A stretch of DNA of 43,410 nucleotides from a virus. Its lineage: Duplodnaviria; Caudoviricetes. This document shows positions 8,211-17,166 of the stretch, one piece after another. Each line of letters begins with the position of its first letter. Position 1 is the first letter of the stretch. Both the position numbers and the translations under genes were made by a program. Below the pieces are notes generated by a model that made no database searches, was not told where the DNA came from, and worked only from the letters and a program-made list of their open reading frames with translations. The stretch spans positions 1-43,410 of IMG/VR virus record IMGVR_UViG_3300025848_000064; one strand, written 5' to 3'.

Positions 8211-8697
8211 CGTGTATCTGCTGCTGCCTGCGTCCGGCGAACCCAAGTTCGGGACGATCGACAACCCCGACTGGCAGGAGTTCAACCGGGCGATCAAGGC
8301 GGACACGGGAGCGGTTGTGCGTTCCCGTGGGCTGACGGAGGCGCTTGGCGACACGGGTCGCCGCATGTTCGCGGTGGAGACCGTCGATCTGTGGGTCGAT
8401 GACGAGGCGCTGCTGAAGGAGGAGCCCGTGCCCAACGTCCTTGCCTCGTGTTTCGCGGGGCAGATGATCCACGGCGACGCTCTTGTCATGCTCGGCACCG
8501 GGCAGGGCGAGTCCGTGGGTCTGCCCACGGAACTGGAGTTCTGGCTCATCGGCGTGATCGGGGAGATCGAGCGCACCGGCAAGCGTGACGAGATTTACGC
8601 CGTCGTCAAGGCGGAGCATGAGGCGTTCATGAAGGAGAACCCTTCGGGGTTCAAGTTCGTTGCGATGGACATCACCAAGGAAGGGGGTGCGGCGTGA
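8197..8697 (+). CDS. DUF3846-like phage protein
   Basis: VDLWVDDEALLK...PNVLAS...IHGDALV pattern; preceded by GAAGCGAGT. Confidence 0.55.
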   Translation: MERSNVYLLLPASGEPKFGTIDNPDWQEFNRAIKADTGAVVRSRGLTEALGDTGRRMFAVETVDLWVDDEALLKEEPVPNVLASCFAGQMIHGDALVMLGTGQGESVGLPTELEFWLIGVIGEIERTGKRDEIYAVVKAEHEAFMKENPSGFKFVAMDITKEGGAA

Positions 8698-9299
8698 TCC
8701 CGTACAGCCAAGAGGCGCACAGGTGGTTCAAGAGCCTTGAGCGCCACCGCGATGCCGCGATGACGGACGATCCCCCGTCACGCTCGACATGGATGCGTCT
8801 CACCCTCACGGGCGGGAAGGGGTTCACCATCCCGCTCGTGCACGGCTCGGAGGATGCGACCGTGGCGTCCATGCACTACGTCCTCTCGCTGCCGCGGATG
8901 TGGGAGCGGCTTGGGTGCAAGGAGATGACGATCCTTCAGGCGCTTGAGTGCAAGAACCGTGCGCTCATCATGGGCGACGTTGCCGCGTCGATCAGGTACT
9001 TGCAGCAGCACGGGCTGCTCGAAGAGAAGTTCGAGGGCGTCGTCAAGGTGCGGAACCCGTACAACTTCATGAGCCTCGAACTGACCAGGCGTCTCGAAGG
9101 CCTTGACAAGACCGTTCCCGTGGTCTCCGACCGTGCACCCAAGCGGTGGCACTCGGCCGACTGCGAGGACGAGTACGACGTCCGTGCCTTCAACTGCCCG
9201 GACAGGGGTGCCGCCGTGGGGATCGCCATCCACAACGACATCCCCGACGTTTCCCCGTTCGACCTCGCCGGGAGCATCGTCCTTGGCAAGGTCGGCTAA
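8694..9299 (+). CDS. Hypothetical protein (201 aa)
   Basis: Coupled GTG/ATC start region, genome-typical codon bias. Confidence 0.65.
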   Translation: MIPYSQEAHRWFKSLERHRDAAMTDDPPSRSTWMRLTLTGGKGFTIPLVHGSEDATVASMHYVLSLPRMWERLGCKEMTILQALECKNRALIMGDVAASIRYLQQHGLLEEKFEGVVKVRNPYNFMSLELTRRLEGLDKTVPVVSDRAPKRWHSADCEDEYDVRAFNCPDRGAAVGIAIHNDIPDVSPFDLAGSIVLGKVG

Positions 9300-9320
9300 A
9301 GTGCAGGCCTACTCGCTGCT

Positions 9321-9368
9321 CTCCGGCAGGGTGCCCGTGGCCCTGCCGGGGGGCTTTCTCTTTTCCCT
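9321..9368 (+). terminator. Intrinsic terminator ending the early accessory operon
   Basis: CCGGCAGGG (9323-9331) / CCCTGCCGG (9341-9349) stem followed by CTTTCTCTTTTCCCTT. Confidence 0.75.
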
Positions 9369-9393
9369 TACGGTTGACAGAAGGCACTAATCC

Positions 9394-9615
9394 ATGAAAG
9401 ACAAGGTTGTCGATGGGGTTGTTCAGTACCTGCGTTCCCGCGCCCGTGCGGAGTCGGCTGCGTCCGACCTCCACCCGGATGCGTCGATGCTTGCCAAGGC
9501 GGCGGACCTGATCGACCGCATGGCGACGCAGTTGGCGGAGGCCAAGGAACGCAACGTCCACCTTCAGCGTTCCCTCGGGGAGTACGAGGCGCGGGAGATC
9601 GGGGGCGAGGCGTGA
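9394..9615 (+). CDS. Hypothetical coiled-coil protein
   Basis: Open frame, AADLIDRMATQLAEAKER coil; coupled to the next gene. Confidence 0.65.
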   Translation: MKDKVVDGVVQYLRSRARAESAASDLHPDASMLAKAADLIDRMATQLAEAKERNVHLQRSLGEYEAREIGGEA

Positions 9616-9950
9616 ACAAGCGCAAACTCACGGACGGGCAGGTGACGGAGATCCGGGAACTAGCCAAGACCGGCATGAAGCGGGCGACGATCGCCGTCAG
9701 GTACGCGGTCAGCCCCCAGTTGGTGTCGTGGGTGCTGAAGAACGGGTACGAGACCAAGGCGGTTGACGACCGTGTCAGGCGCACGGACGACGACTGTGCG
9801 ACATGGACGGAGATTGCCCGTCTCTACAACGAGCGGGCCGTGGGTGACAGGATCACCCCGGCGCAGGCGAAGAGCGTCCACGACCGTGCCTTGCGAAAGA
9901 TCCGGCTGCTGTGCCAGGACCACGGATTGACACGGGGTGATTTTGAATGA
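9612..9950 (+). CDS. Double helix-turn-helix DNA-binding protein
   Basis: KLTDGQVTEIR...RATIAVRYAVSPQLVSWV HTH plus a sigma region-4-like TWTEIA...KSVHDRALRKIR. Confidence 0.7.
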   Translation: MNKRKLTDGQVTEIRELAKTGMKRATIAVRYAVSPQLVSWVLKNGYETKAVDDRVRRTDDDCATWTEIARLYNERAVGDRITPAQAKSVHDRALRKIRLLCQDHGLTRGDFE

Positions 9951-9997
9951 ACGCGGTCCCTGGCTACCATGTGTTGACAAACGGGGGTAGTTGCTTG

Positions 9998-10026
9998 TTG
10001 CCGTTCCCGTTGGCTTGGCGTAAAGT
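9998..10026 (+). promoter_or_regulatory. Sigma70-type promoter for the marR-like/integrase pair
   Basis: TTGCCG-17 bp-TAAAGT, then SD AAGGAG and ATG 10049. Confidence 0.5.
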
Positions 10027-10048
10027 GTGCAAAGCAAAGGAGCAACGC

Positions 10049-10396
10049 ATGGCTAGCCAGTCTCTCGACACGTTCGTCAATCAAGTCGCCTACCTTCGGG
10101 ACGCGGTGAACCCGGACATGACGGGCCTTGCGATGGCGATGTTCGCCTACATCGCAAGCCACCCGTTCAACGAGGGTGTTCCCATGTCGAGGGTCGTTGA
10201 CAAGTTCGGGCTGTCGGCCAGCACCGCCAGCCGCAACATCTACCTCCTGTCGAGCGGCTTGGTGCGCCCGACGGAGGGCAGGAAGGGGTTCGGGCTGATC
10301 CGCACCGACACGGCTCCGACGGACCGGCGGGCGTTGCAGGTCTACCTCACCCCCAAGGGACAGCAGGTCGCAAAGGGACTCATGCAGGTGAAGTGA
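10049..10396 (+). CDS. MarR-like winged-helix regulator, probable repressor
   Basis: GLSASTASRNI, GLI...DRRALQVYLTPKG wing motif; directly before the integrase as in temperate T7-like marine podoviruses. Confidence 0.85.
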   Translation: MASQSLDTFVNQVAYLRDAVNPDMTGLAMAMFAYIASHPFNEGVPMSRVVDKFGLSASTASRNIYLLSSGLVRPTEGRKGFGLIRTDTAPTDRRALQVYLTPKGQQVAKGLMQVK

Positions 10397-10397
10397 C

Positions 10398-11348
10398 ATG
10401 AACATCAGGAAGCGGAAGAACTCGTGGCAGGTTGACGGGATGATGGACGGGAAGCGCATCCGCAGGCAGTTCAGGAGCGCGGCGGAAGCGGAGGCGTTCG
10501 TGAAGGCGGGGAGCCGGGAGGAGGCGCGTGAGCGCACCGTCGGGGAGCTGTATTCCCGCGTCTATGCCTCGCGGTGGGCGACGCTCAAGTCCGGGGTGAT
10601 GGCCGCTCTGGGCCAGCGGATCGTCAACAGGCTGGGGGCCGACACGCCGGTGTCCAGGATCGACGCCGGGAGGATCCATGACATGGTCTCCGGGCTGCGC
10701 TCGGCGGGCTACTCGAACTCGACGATCAACCGCTGGGTGTGCGGGCTGAACGTCATGCTGCGCCACGCGGCCGTCGAGGGCTGGATCGACAAGCGGCCGG
10801 AGGTGCGTTCCCTGAAGGAGCCGTCGGGCCGGAACAGGTTCCTGTCCAAGGACGAGGAGCAGGAGATCATCGAGATCATCGGGCGCCAGGATCCCAGGCT
10901 CTCGAAGCTTGTCATGGTCCTCGTTGACACCGGCCTGCGGCTGTCGGAGGCCATCGGGCTGGAGTGGCGGGACATCACCGGCGACCAGTTGACCGTGCAC
11001 GAGACGAAGAACGGATCGTCCCGGTCGGTTCCCCTGACGAGGCGGGCGAGGGAAGTACTTGCTTCACTCGACCGGTCGCACGATCGCCCGTTCTCCTTCA
11101 CGGACAGGCACCACGCCTCACGGGCCTTCTCCCGTGCCCGTGAGCGGTCGTCCATGCGGGGGGACACGGAGGTGGTCATGCACACCCTCCGGCACACCTG
11201 CGCCTCGCGGATGATCCAGAGGGGCGTTCCCGTGGCCGTGGTGTCGGCGTGGCTGGGCCACCGCAGCTTGGCCGTGACCATGCGCTACGCCCACCTGCGG
11301 CCGGACCACCTCCGTGACTACGTCCATGTCTTGGAGCGGTCCGCCTGA
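10398..11348 (+). CDS. int: Tyrosine recombinase / phage integrase
   Basis: TGLRLSE (R), TKNG (K), HTLRHT (HxxR), LGH, MRYAH (Y). Confidence 0.96.
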   Translation: MNIRKRKNSWQVDGMMDGKRIRRQFRSAAEAEAFVKAGSREEARERTVGELYSRVYASRWATLKSGVMAALGQRIVNRLGADTPVSRIDAGRIHDMVSGLRSAGYSNSTINRWVCGLNVMLRHAAVEGWIDKRPEVRSLKEPSGRNRFLSKDEEQEIIEIIGRQDPRLSKLVMVLVDTGLRLSEAIGLEWRDITGDQLTVHETKNGSSRSVPLTRRAREVLASLDRSHDRPFSFTDRHHASRAFSRARERSSMRGDTEVVMHTLRHTCASRMIQRGVPVAVVSAWLGHRSLAVTMRYAHLRPDHLRDYVHVLERSA

Positions 11349-11581
11349 CGATCGACAGGTTATCTGGACTTGTACGCTGGAGCGACGCTGCCCACACTTG
11401 TGAGGAAGTCTCGCCCTTTAGATCCATCGACAGAGGTTTCATTACGCACAGCCAGGGGCGTGTGACAAGGCCTACCGTACCACCCCACGAGAGTGACTAT
11501 CTTGTGCGTATCGTGTGACAGAACGTGTGACAGAATGTGACAGAACTTCAACGAGTAGCGAATAATACTGACCTTGACAAA

Positions 11582-11622
11582 GCGGGCGTGGCGAAATTGG
11601 CAGACGCACGAGATTTAGGTTC
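11582..11622 (+). mobile_element. attP core: 5' half of tRNA-Leu(TAG), not a full tRNA
   Basis: GCGGGCG TGGCGAAATTGGCAGACGC A CGAGA TTTAGGT TC gives acceptor 5' strand, Leu-type D arm and TAG anticodon loop, then similarity stops; downstream of int. Confidence 0.85.
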
Positions 11623-11779
11623 CTGCACCAACTATCGCCATTAGGCGGAAGACCGCCACAAGACAACTGTTGACAGCCTATCTCGTGGGGGATGTCACAT
11701 GCGTTGTCACAGCCGGATTTCGGGGAGACGCCATCCTCAAGATTTCTTCCAAATCCTGGAACTTTACTTTCCGTCCATG

Positions 11780-11798
11780 TTCGCCGGTTGGCTATAAT
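11780..11798 (+). promoter_or_regulatory. Putative -10 (TATAAT 11793-11798) for the RNAP gene, overlapped by a degenerate operator
   Basis: Perfect TATAAT in a GC-rich genome; TTCGCC-GGTT-GGCTAT. Confidence 0.5.
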
Positions 11799-11917
11799 CC
11801 TCTAAAGAGAAGAGAAGGGTGACAAGGCAGAAGGAAAGAAACCGCTGAAAGCGGGGTCATTCAGAAGACCTTGGCAACCTTCTGTCACACCTGAAGACAA
11901 CCTAAAGGGAGGGACGG

Positions 11918-14335
11918 GTGACTCTGACCCAGCGGCAGCTCGACAAGGAGATGGTTGAGTCCGGCAAGTCTCGCTTCTGGCGACGGACGGAGAAGGCCAA
12001 GAAGGGGGACCGGGAATCGGACACCGACCACGGCACCCGCCTCCTGAACGCGGCCGTCTACCCCGTTGCCGAGGCACTCCGGGAGGAGTTCAAGACCATC
12101 GGCAGGCCGGGCTTCAACAACACCGGCGTCAAGGGGCTCCTGGATTCCGGCATCGACCCGGAGGTCCTGGCGCTCCTGGCCCTCCAGTCCGTCATCGACG
12201 GGATCAGCAAGAAGCAGCGGGCCAGCCGTGTCATGTCGATCATCGGCAGGCGGATCCAGACCGAGGTCCTGCTGGAGCGGCTTGCCGGTGACAAGCCCTT
12301 CGTCCTGAAGACGGTGGCCCGGTGGACGTCCGACCCGCAGTCTGACCTGCGCCGCCGGGCGACGATCAAGAAGATCGTCTCGAACATGAACGAGGAGTGT
12401 GCGGAGCTGGTCCGCAGCGTCACCATCGACGACGCGCTCCTCCTCCGGATGGGCTTCGTCCTCGTCGAACTGATCCGCCGCCACACCGGCCTGATCGAGG
12501 TCCGCAACGTCTCGACCGCGGCCAAGCGCATGACAACCTGGATCGTTCCCACCCAGGAGACGGTGGACTGGATCCGCAACTACGGCTCGTCCTGCGAGTT
12601 CCTCCGCCCCGTCAAGCTGCCGATGGTGGTGCCCCCGTACAACTGGTCCAGCCCGACGGTCGGCGGGTACGCCAACGACCTCGGCGAGGACCTGATCCGT
12701 TCCGAGTCCGGCACCCAGATGGAGTGCGCGACGAAGGAGCAGATGCCGACGGTGTACCGCGTCATCAACGCGATGCAGCGGGTTCCCCTGCGCGTCAACA
12801 CGCAGGTGCTGGAGGTCGTTGACACGCTCTACCGCAACGGCGTCGTCTTCGGCGACCTGCCTCCCATCGAGGACATCCGGGTTCCCCCGAGGCCCAACAT
12901 CCCGTCGAACGACCCGGCCATCAAGCTCTGGCGCCGGGACTGTCACAAGGTCCACGAGGCCAACCGGACCAACGCCGGGCGCCGCATCAACGTGGCCCAG
13001 ACCCTGGCTCTGGCTGAAAGATATTGTGGTGCGAATTTCTTTCTGCCGGTGTGCATGGACTTCCGTGGCCGCGTCTATCCGCAGACGACCTATCTCTCGT
13101 ACCAGGCCGGTGACATCGGCAAGGGCCTGACGTCGTTCGGCATCGGCAAGCCGGTCAAGGTCCATTCCCCCGAGTGGACGGCGCTCCTGCTGGGCGGGGC
13201 AGGGCACATGGGCGTCAAGGGCAGCATCAACCAGCGGATTGCCGAGGCCGACAAGTTCATCCGCTCCGGTGCCGTCACCGCCGTCGTCTCCGATCCCTAC
13301 CAGCACAAGTCGCTGTGGATCGACCGTGACGAGCCGGTGCAGTTCCTGTCGTGGTGCCATGACATCGCCTCCGTCATGGGCGGCGGCAACAGCCACCACC
13401 CCGTCTGGATGGACGGCTCGTGCAACGGGCTCCAGATCATCAGCCTCCTGCTCCGCGACGAGGTCGGCGGGATGCTCACCAACTGCTGCCCGGCAACCCT
13501 CGACACGGCGCCCATCGACATCTATACGGCCGTTGCCAACCGGACCCAGGAACTGCTCTGCCAGGAGCGGGACCCGAAGACCCAGGAGTGGGCCAGGGAG
13601 TGGGTCCGCTACGGGATTGACAGGGCGGCCGTCAAGCGGTGCGTCATGATCGTCCCGTACAACGGCTCGATCCACGCTGGCGTTACCTACATCCGTGACT
13701 GGTACCAGGAGAAGTACCAGAAGGTCGGGGGTCCCTGGAAGGAGCCGACGTACCCGATCGGCTACCTAGCCACCGTGGTGTGGCGGGCCATCGGAGAGAC
13801 CATCCGCAAGGGGACGGAGTTCATGAAGTGGATGCGGGAGGTGCAGAAGGTCTGCAATTCCGCCGGTGTCCAGCCCTCGTGGGTCACCCCGTCGGGCTTC
13901 CTCGTCCACCAGACCTACCACCAGTACGACGCCTGCAACGTGAAGACCACGCTCGGGCGGACGGTCCGGATGTTCCAGCTCCGCAAGGCCAGCAAGCGGG
14001 TCGCCACCCGCAAGCACCTCAACGCGCTGGCCCCCAACTTCATCCACTCCCTCGACGCGGCGGCGGAGATCCTTACGTTCGACGCCCTGCTCTCCGCGAA
14101 GATCGAGAACTTCCTGGGTCAGCACGACTCCTACGGATGCCTCGCGGCCGACACGCCTACCGTTTACCGCGTCATCCGCCGGACCTGGTCGTCGATGTTC
14201 GAGGACGACCTCTTGTCAATCTTCCGCAAGCATGTTCAGCACGAACTTCCGAAGGGCGTGGAACTCCCGCCGGTGCCCCCATACGGATCGCTCGTACCGG
14301 CGGACATCAACAATTCGCCGTACTTCTTTTCCTGA
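11918..14335 (+). CDS. T7-like single-subunit DNA-directed RNA polymerase
   Basis: DFRGRVY, motif A DGSCNGLQ, motif B RAAVKRCVMIVPY, PNFIHSLDAA, motif C HDSY, C-terminal YFFS. Confidence 0.97.
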   Translation: MTLTQRQLDKEMVESGKSRFWRRTEKAKKGDRESDTDHGTRLLNAAVYPVAEALREEFKTIGRPGFNNTGVKGLLDSGIDPEVLALLALQSVIDGISKKQRASRVMSIIGRRIQTEVLLERLAGDKPFVLKTVARWTSDPQSDLRRRATIKKIVSNMNEECAELVRSVTIDDALLLRMGFVLVELIRRHTGLIEVRNVSTAAKRMTTWIVPTQETVDWIRNYGSSCEFLRPVKLPMVVPPYNWSSPTVGGYANDLGEDLIRSESGTQMECATKEQMPTVYRVINAMQRVPLRVNTQVLEVVDTLYRNGVVFGDLPPIEDIRVPPRPNIPSNDPAIKLWRRDCHKVHEANRTNAGRRINVAQTLALAERYCGANFFLPVCMDFRGRVYPQTTYLSYQAGDIGKGLTSFGIGKPVKVHSPEWTALLLGGAGHMGVKGSINQRIAEADKFIRSGAVTAVVSDPYQHKSLWIDRDEPVQFLSWCHDIASVMGGGNSHHPVWMDGSCNGLQIISLLLRDEVGGMLTNCCPATLDTAPIDIYTAVANRTQELLCQERDPKTQEWAREWVRYGIDRAAVKRCVMIVPYNGSIHAGVTYIRDWYQEKYQKVGGPWKEPTYPIGYLATVVWRAIGETIRKGTEFMKWMREVQKVCNSAGVQPSWVTPSGFLVHQTYHQYDACNVKTTLGRTVRMFQLRKASKRVATRKHLNALAPNFIHSLDAAAEILTFDALLSAKIENFLGQHDSYGCLAADTPTVYRVIRRTWSSMFEDDLLSIFRKHVQHELPKGVELPPVPPYGSLVPADINNSPYFFS

Positions 14336-14337
14336 AG

Positions 14338-14367
14338 GTCGCCTACAGGCGACAGAACTGGTATGCT
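14338..14367 (+). promoter_or_regulatory. Palindromic operator plus extended -10 promoter for ssb
   Basis: GTCGCC-TACA-GGCGAC (14338-14353); TG-G-TATGCT (14359-14367); ATG at 14375. Confidence 0.65.
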
Positions 14368-14374
14368 GGTAACC

Positions 14375-15010
14375 ATGATGACGCAACAGACATCCTCGAT
14401 CAAGATCACGACTCCGGTTGGGACGGCCAAGTACCCGTACCTGATCGAGCCCGACACCAAGTTCCATGCCGAGGGCGAGTACCGCGTCGAGCTCGTGCTC
14501 GACCCCGGCGAGGCGGCCGACGAGCTGTTCGACCGCGTGACCGCGTTCCGCGACAAGACCGCCGCGGAGGCGAAGAAGCTGGCTGGCGGCAAGAACTTCC
14601 GCATCGCGCCCAGCTTCCCGCTCGTCCGCAACGAGGACGGCACCGTCTCCGTCAAGGCCAAGCTCAAGGCGAAGGTGACCTCGAAGTCCGGCCGGTCGTG
14701 GGAGCAGCGTCCTGCGCTGTTCGACGCCAAGGGCAACCCGATCAACAGCGACATCCGCATCGGCAGCGGGTCGCGCCTGCGCCTCAGCCTGGAGGTGACG
14801 ACGTTCAACGCCCCCGGCATCGGCGGGTTCGGCGTCAGCGCCCGCTTGCGTGGGGTCCAGGTCATCGAGGTGCGTGAGCCCCGGGCGACCTCGGCCAGCG
14901 ACTTCGGCTTCGGTGCCGAGGAGTCCGGCTTCGTCACCGAGACCTTCGACAACTTCGAGGACGACGCGAAGCCGGTCGCCAAGTCCGGATCCAGCAAAGC
15001 CGACTTCTGA
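14375..15010 (+). CDS. ssDNA-binding protein (T7 gp2.5-like)
   Basis: TTPVGTAKYPYLIEPDTKF..EGEY, IGSGS, LRGVQVIE, acidic tail ending in F; start 14363, 14375 or 14378. Confidence 0.92.
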   Translation: MMTQQTSSIKITTPVGTAKYPYLIEPDTKFHAEGEYRVELVLDPGEAADELFDRVTAFRDKTAAEAKKLAGGKNFRIAPSFPLVRNEDGTVSVKAKLKAKVTSKSGRSWEQRPALFDAKGNPINSDIRIGSGSRLRLSLEVTTFNAPGIGGFGVSARLRGVQVIEVREPRATSASDFGFGAEESGFVTETFDNFEDDAKPVAKSGSSKADF

Positions 15011-15336
15011 TGGCAAACAACCGTCAACGTGGCAAGTACGGAGAGCGTTCCGCGAGGGACGCCATCCGTCAGCACTGGAAGATGGGCGACTGCCACCGGA
15101 CGGCGCAGACTTCCGCCAAGGTCAGCGGTGCGGACCTCGGCGGCACCGGCAACCTCCATGTCGAGGTGAAGCTTCGCAAGACGCTTGCGGTCGAGAAGTT
15201 CCTGGAGCAGGCGATCCGCGACGCCAAGCACGACAAGGTGCCGGTGGTCTTGATGAGACGGGACAAGGGGGATTGGATCGTCATGCTGCGTATCTCGGAC
15301 TCGTTCCGGTTCGCGGCAGAACTCATGTTCGGGTGA
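15010..15336 (+). CDS. PD-(D/E)xK Holliday junction resolvase-like endonuclease
   Basis: RGKYGER...ADL...LHVEVK...EQAIRDA...PVV; occupies the T7 gp3 position. Confidence 0.75.
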   Translation: MANNRQRGKYGERSARDAIRQHWKMGDCHRTAQTSAKVSGADLGGTGNLHVEVKLRKTLAVEKFLEQAIRDAKHDKVPVVLMRRDKGDWIVMLRISDSFRFAAELMFG

Positions 15337-15360
15337 ACGAGCCAGAAAGGAAAGCAGCGA

Positions 15361-15570
15361 ATGCCTTGCTTCGTCACGGAAAAGACGCTTGACACGGCCA
15401 CGGAGAAGGTCCTCAAGAACTGTCACGGGGATGTGATCCGGGTGAACATGCTGGGGGACATCGAGTTCCAGAAGAAGGACAACCCGTCCGTCTTCTACGT
15501 CTCGCAGCAGGACCTGGGGGTTCTTGTCCGGTTCCTCGTCGAGCAGATGGAAACCGGGCTTGCCGAGTGA
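15361..15570 (+). CDS. Hypothetical protein
   Basis: Purine-rich leader AGAAAGGAAAGCAGCGA-ATG. Confidence 0.6.
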   Translation: MPCFVTEKTLDTATEKVLKNCHGDVIRVNMLGDIEFQKKDNPSVFYVSQQDLGVLVRFLVEQMETGLAE

Positions 15571-17161
15571 GTCCTCGTTTCTGAGGCACGAGCCGTGCCC
15601 GTCCTGTGGCAGCAGGGACAACCTTGCCCGCTACAGCGACGGGCACGGCTATTGCTTCGGATGCGAATACCGAGAGAGGGGCGACGGAAGCGTTGCCCAC
15701 GAGAGGAAGGCAGTAAGGATGCAGGGGATGATCCCGGCGACCTACCAGTCGCTTGACAAGCGTTGCCTGTCGGAGGAGACCTGTCGGCTATGGAACTACG
15801 GGGTAGGGGAATACGCAGGGCAGCCCGTTCAAATAGCGGAATACCGGAACGTCTCGGGCGAGGTCGTTGCCCAGAAGATCAGGACCCCGGACAAGCAGTT
15901 CCGGATCCTCGGGGACTCCTCTTCCATTGTTCTTTTCGGCCAGCACCTCTTCGCCCCGTCCGGCCGCATGGTCGTCGTGACCGAGGGGGAGATCGACGCC
16001 ATGAGCGTCAGCCAGCACTGCTGGGAGAACAAGTTCCCCGTCGTCTCCGTGCCGAACGGGGCCACTTCCGCCGCCAAGGCTGTACGCAAGTCGCTCGACT
16101 GGCTCGAAGGATTCGACAAGGTCATCTTCGCCTTTGACATGGACGAGCCCGGGCAGGAGGCGGCGAAGGAGTGCGCCATGCTGCTGTCTCCGGGCAAGGC
16201 GCACATTGCCAGGCTCCCTGCCAAGGACGCCAACGAGGCCGTCAAGCAGGGCAAGGTCAAGGAACTGATCGACTGCCTCTGGCGGGCACAGCCGTTCCGG
16301 CCGGACTGCATCGTGGCGGCCACCGACATCTGGGACAAGATCGCCGAGTGGGACGGAAGGCAGGGCATCCCGTACCCGTGGCCGGACCTGAACCCCATGA
16401 CCCACGGCATCCGCATGGGAGAGATCGTCACGGTGACCGCAGGAACCGGCATCGGCAAGAGCCAGTTCTGCCGCGAGATTGCCCACCACCTCGTCAAGCA
16501 GGGCTTCACGATCGGCTACATCGCCCTGGAGGAGAGCACGGCCAGGACGGCCCTCGGCCTCATGTCGATCGAGGTGAACCAACGGCTTCACCTGGGTGCC
16601 CCGAAGGAGGTCCTGAAGGACGCCTTCGACCGCACCTTCTCCGAGAACCGGGTGTATCTCTACGACCACTTCGGTTCGACGGAGGAGCAGAACCTGCTCG
16701 ACCGCATCCGCTACATGGTGAAGGGGCTCGGCTGCAAGGTCATCGTCCTGGACCATGTCAGCATCGCGGTCAGCGCCACGGAGGGCGACGAGCGCAAGAT
16801 GCTCGATGCCCTGATGACGAAGCTTCGGACCCTTGTCGAGGAGGTGAAGTGCGCGATGTTCCTGGTGTGCCACCTGCGAAGGGTGGACGGAAGGCCCCAC
16901 GAGGAGGGCGGGGAGGTCCGCTTGTCCCACCTTCGCTCCAGCGCAGGAATCGCCCAGCTCTCCGACTGCGTGATGGCTCTGGAAAGAAATCAGCAGAGCA
17001 ACGAGCACCGAAACCAGACCCGGGTCCGGGTGCTGAAGAACCGCTTCACGGGCGAGACGGGCGTGGCGATGGCGCTTGAGTACGACCAGGAGACCGGCCG
17101 CATGTCGCCGTGCGCCCTGTTCGACCCGTCCGGAGAAACTGCGGAATCCCACGACTTTTGA
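15560..17161 (+). CDS. Primase-helicase (T7 gp4-like)
   Basis: Zn finger HEPCPSCGSRDN...YCFGC, TOPRIM TEGEIDA and FDMD, Walker A AGTGIGKS, LDH, LKNRFTGETG; start probably TTG 15560. Confidence 0.96.
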   Translation: MPSESSFLRHEPCPSCGSRDNLARYSDGHGYCFGCEYRERGDGSVAHERKAVRMQGMIPATYQSLDKRCLSEETCRLWNYGVGEYAGQPVQIAEYRNVSGEVVAQKIRTPDKQFRILGDSSSIVLFGQHLFAPSGRMVVVTEGEIDAMSVSQHCWENKFPVVSVPNGATSAAKAVRKSLDWLEGFDKVIFAFDMDEPGQEAAKECAMLLSPGKAHIARLPAKDANEAVKQGKVKELIDCLWRAQPFRPDCIVAATDIWDKIAEWDGRQGIPYPWPDLNPMTHGIRMGEIVTVTAGTGIGKSQFCREIAHHLVKQGFTIGYIALEESTARTALGLMSIEVNQRLHLGAPKEVLKDAFDRTFSENRVYLYDHFGSTEEQNLLDRIRYMVKGLGCKVIVLDHVSIAVSATEGDERKMLDALMTKLRTLVEEVKCAMFLVCHLRRVDGRPHEEGGEVRLSHLRSSAGIAQLSDCVMALERNQQSNEHRNQTRVRVLKNRFTGETGVAMALEYDQETGRMSPCALFDPSGETAESHDF

Positions 17162-17166
17162 TCGTA

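Larger units (their letters stand above)
11461..11889. repeat. TGTGACA/TGTCACA repeats, putative integrase arm-type sites
   Basis: TGTGACA at 11461, 11514, 11526, 11536; inverted TGTCACA at 11693, 11705, 11883; flank the tRNA fragment. Confidence 0.75.

Noticed and set aside
11511-11546. Mini CRISPR array
   Set aside because: Repeats are 10-12 bp with no spacers; better explained as protein-binding sites at attP
11582-11660. Complete tRNA-Leu gene
   Set aside because: The anticodon stem 3' strand breaks after TC; no T-arm or acceptor 3' strand; treated as an att core
11885-13675. Long minus-strand ORFs (also 15788-17152, 17280-18917, 34359-36251, 4236-5795)
   Set aside because: Antisense shadows of strongly GC3-biased plus-strand genes; no motifs or start signals
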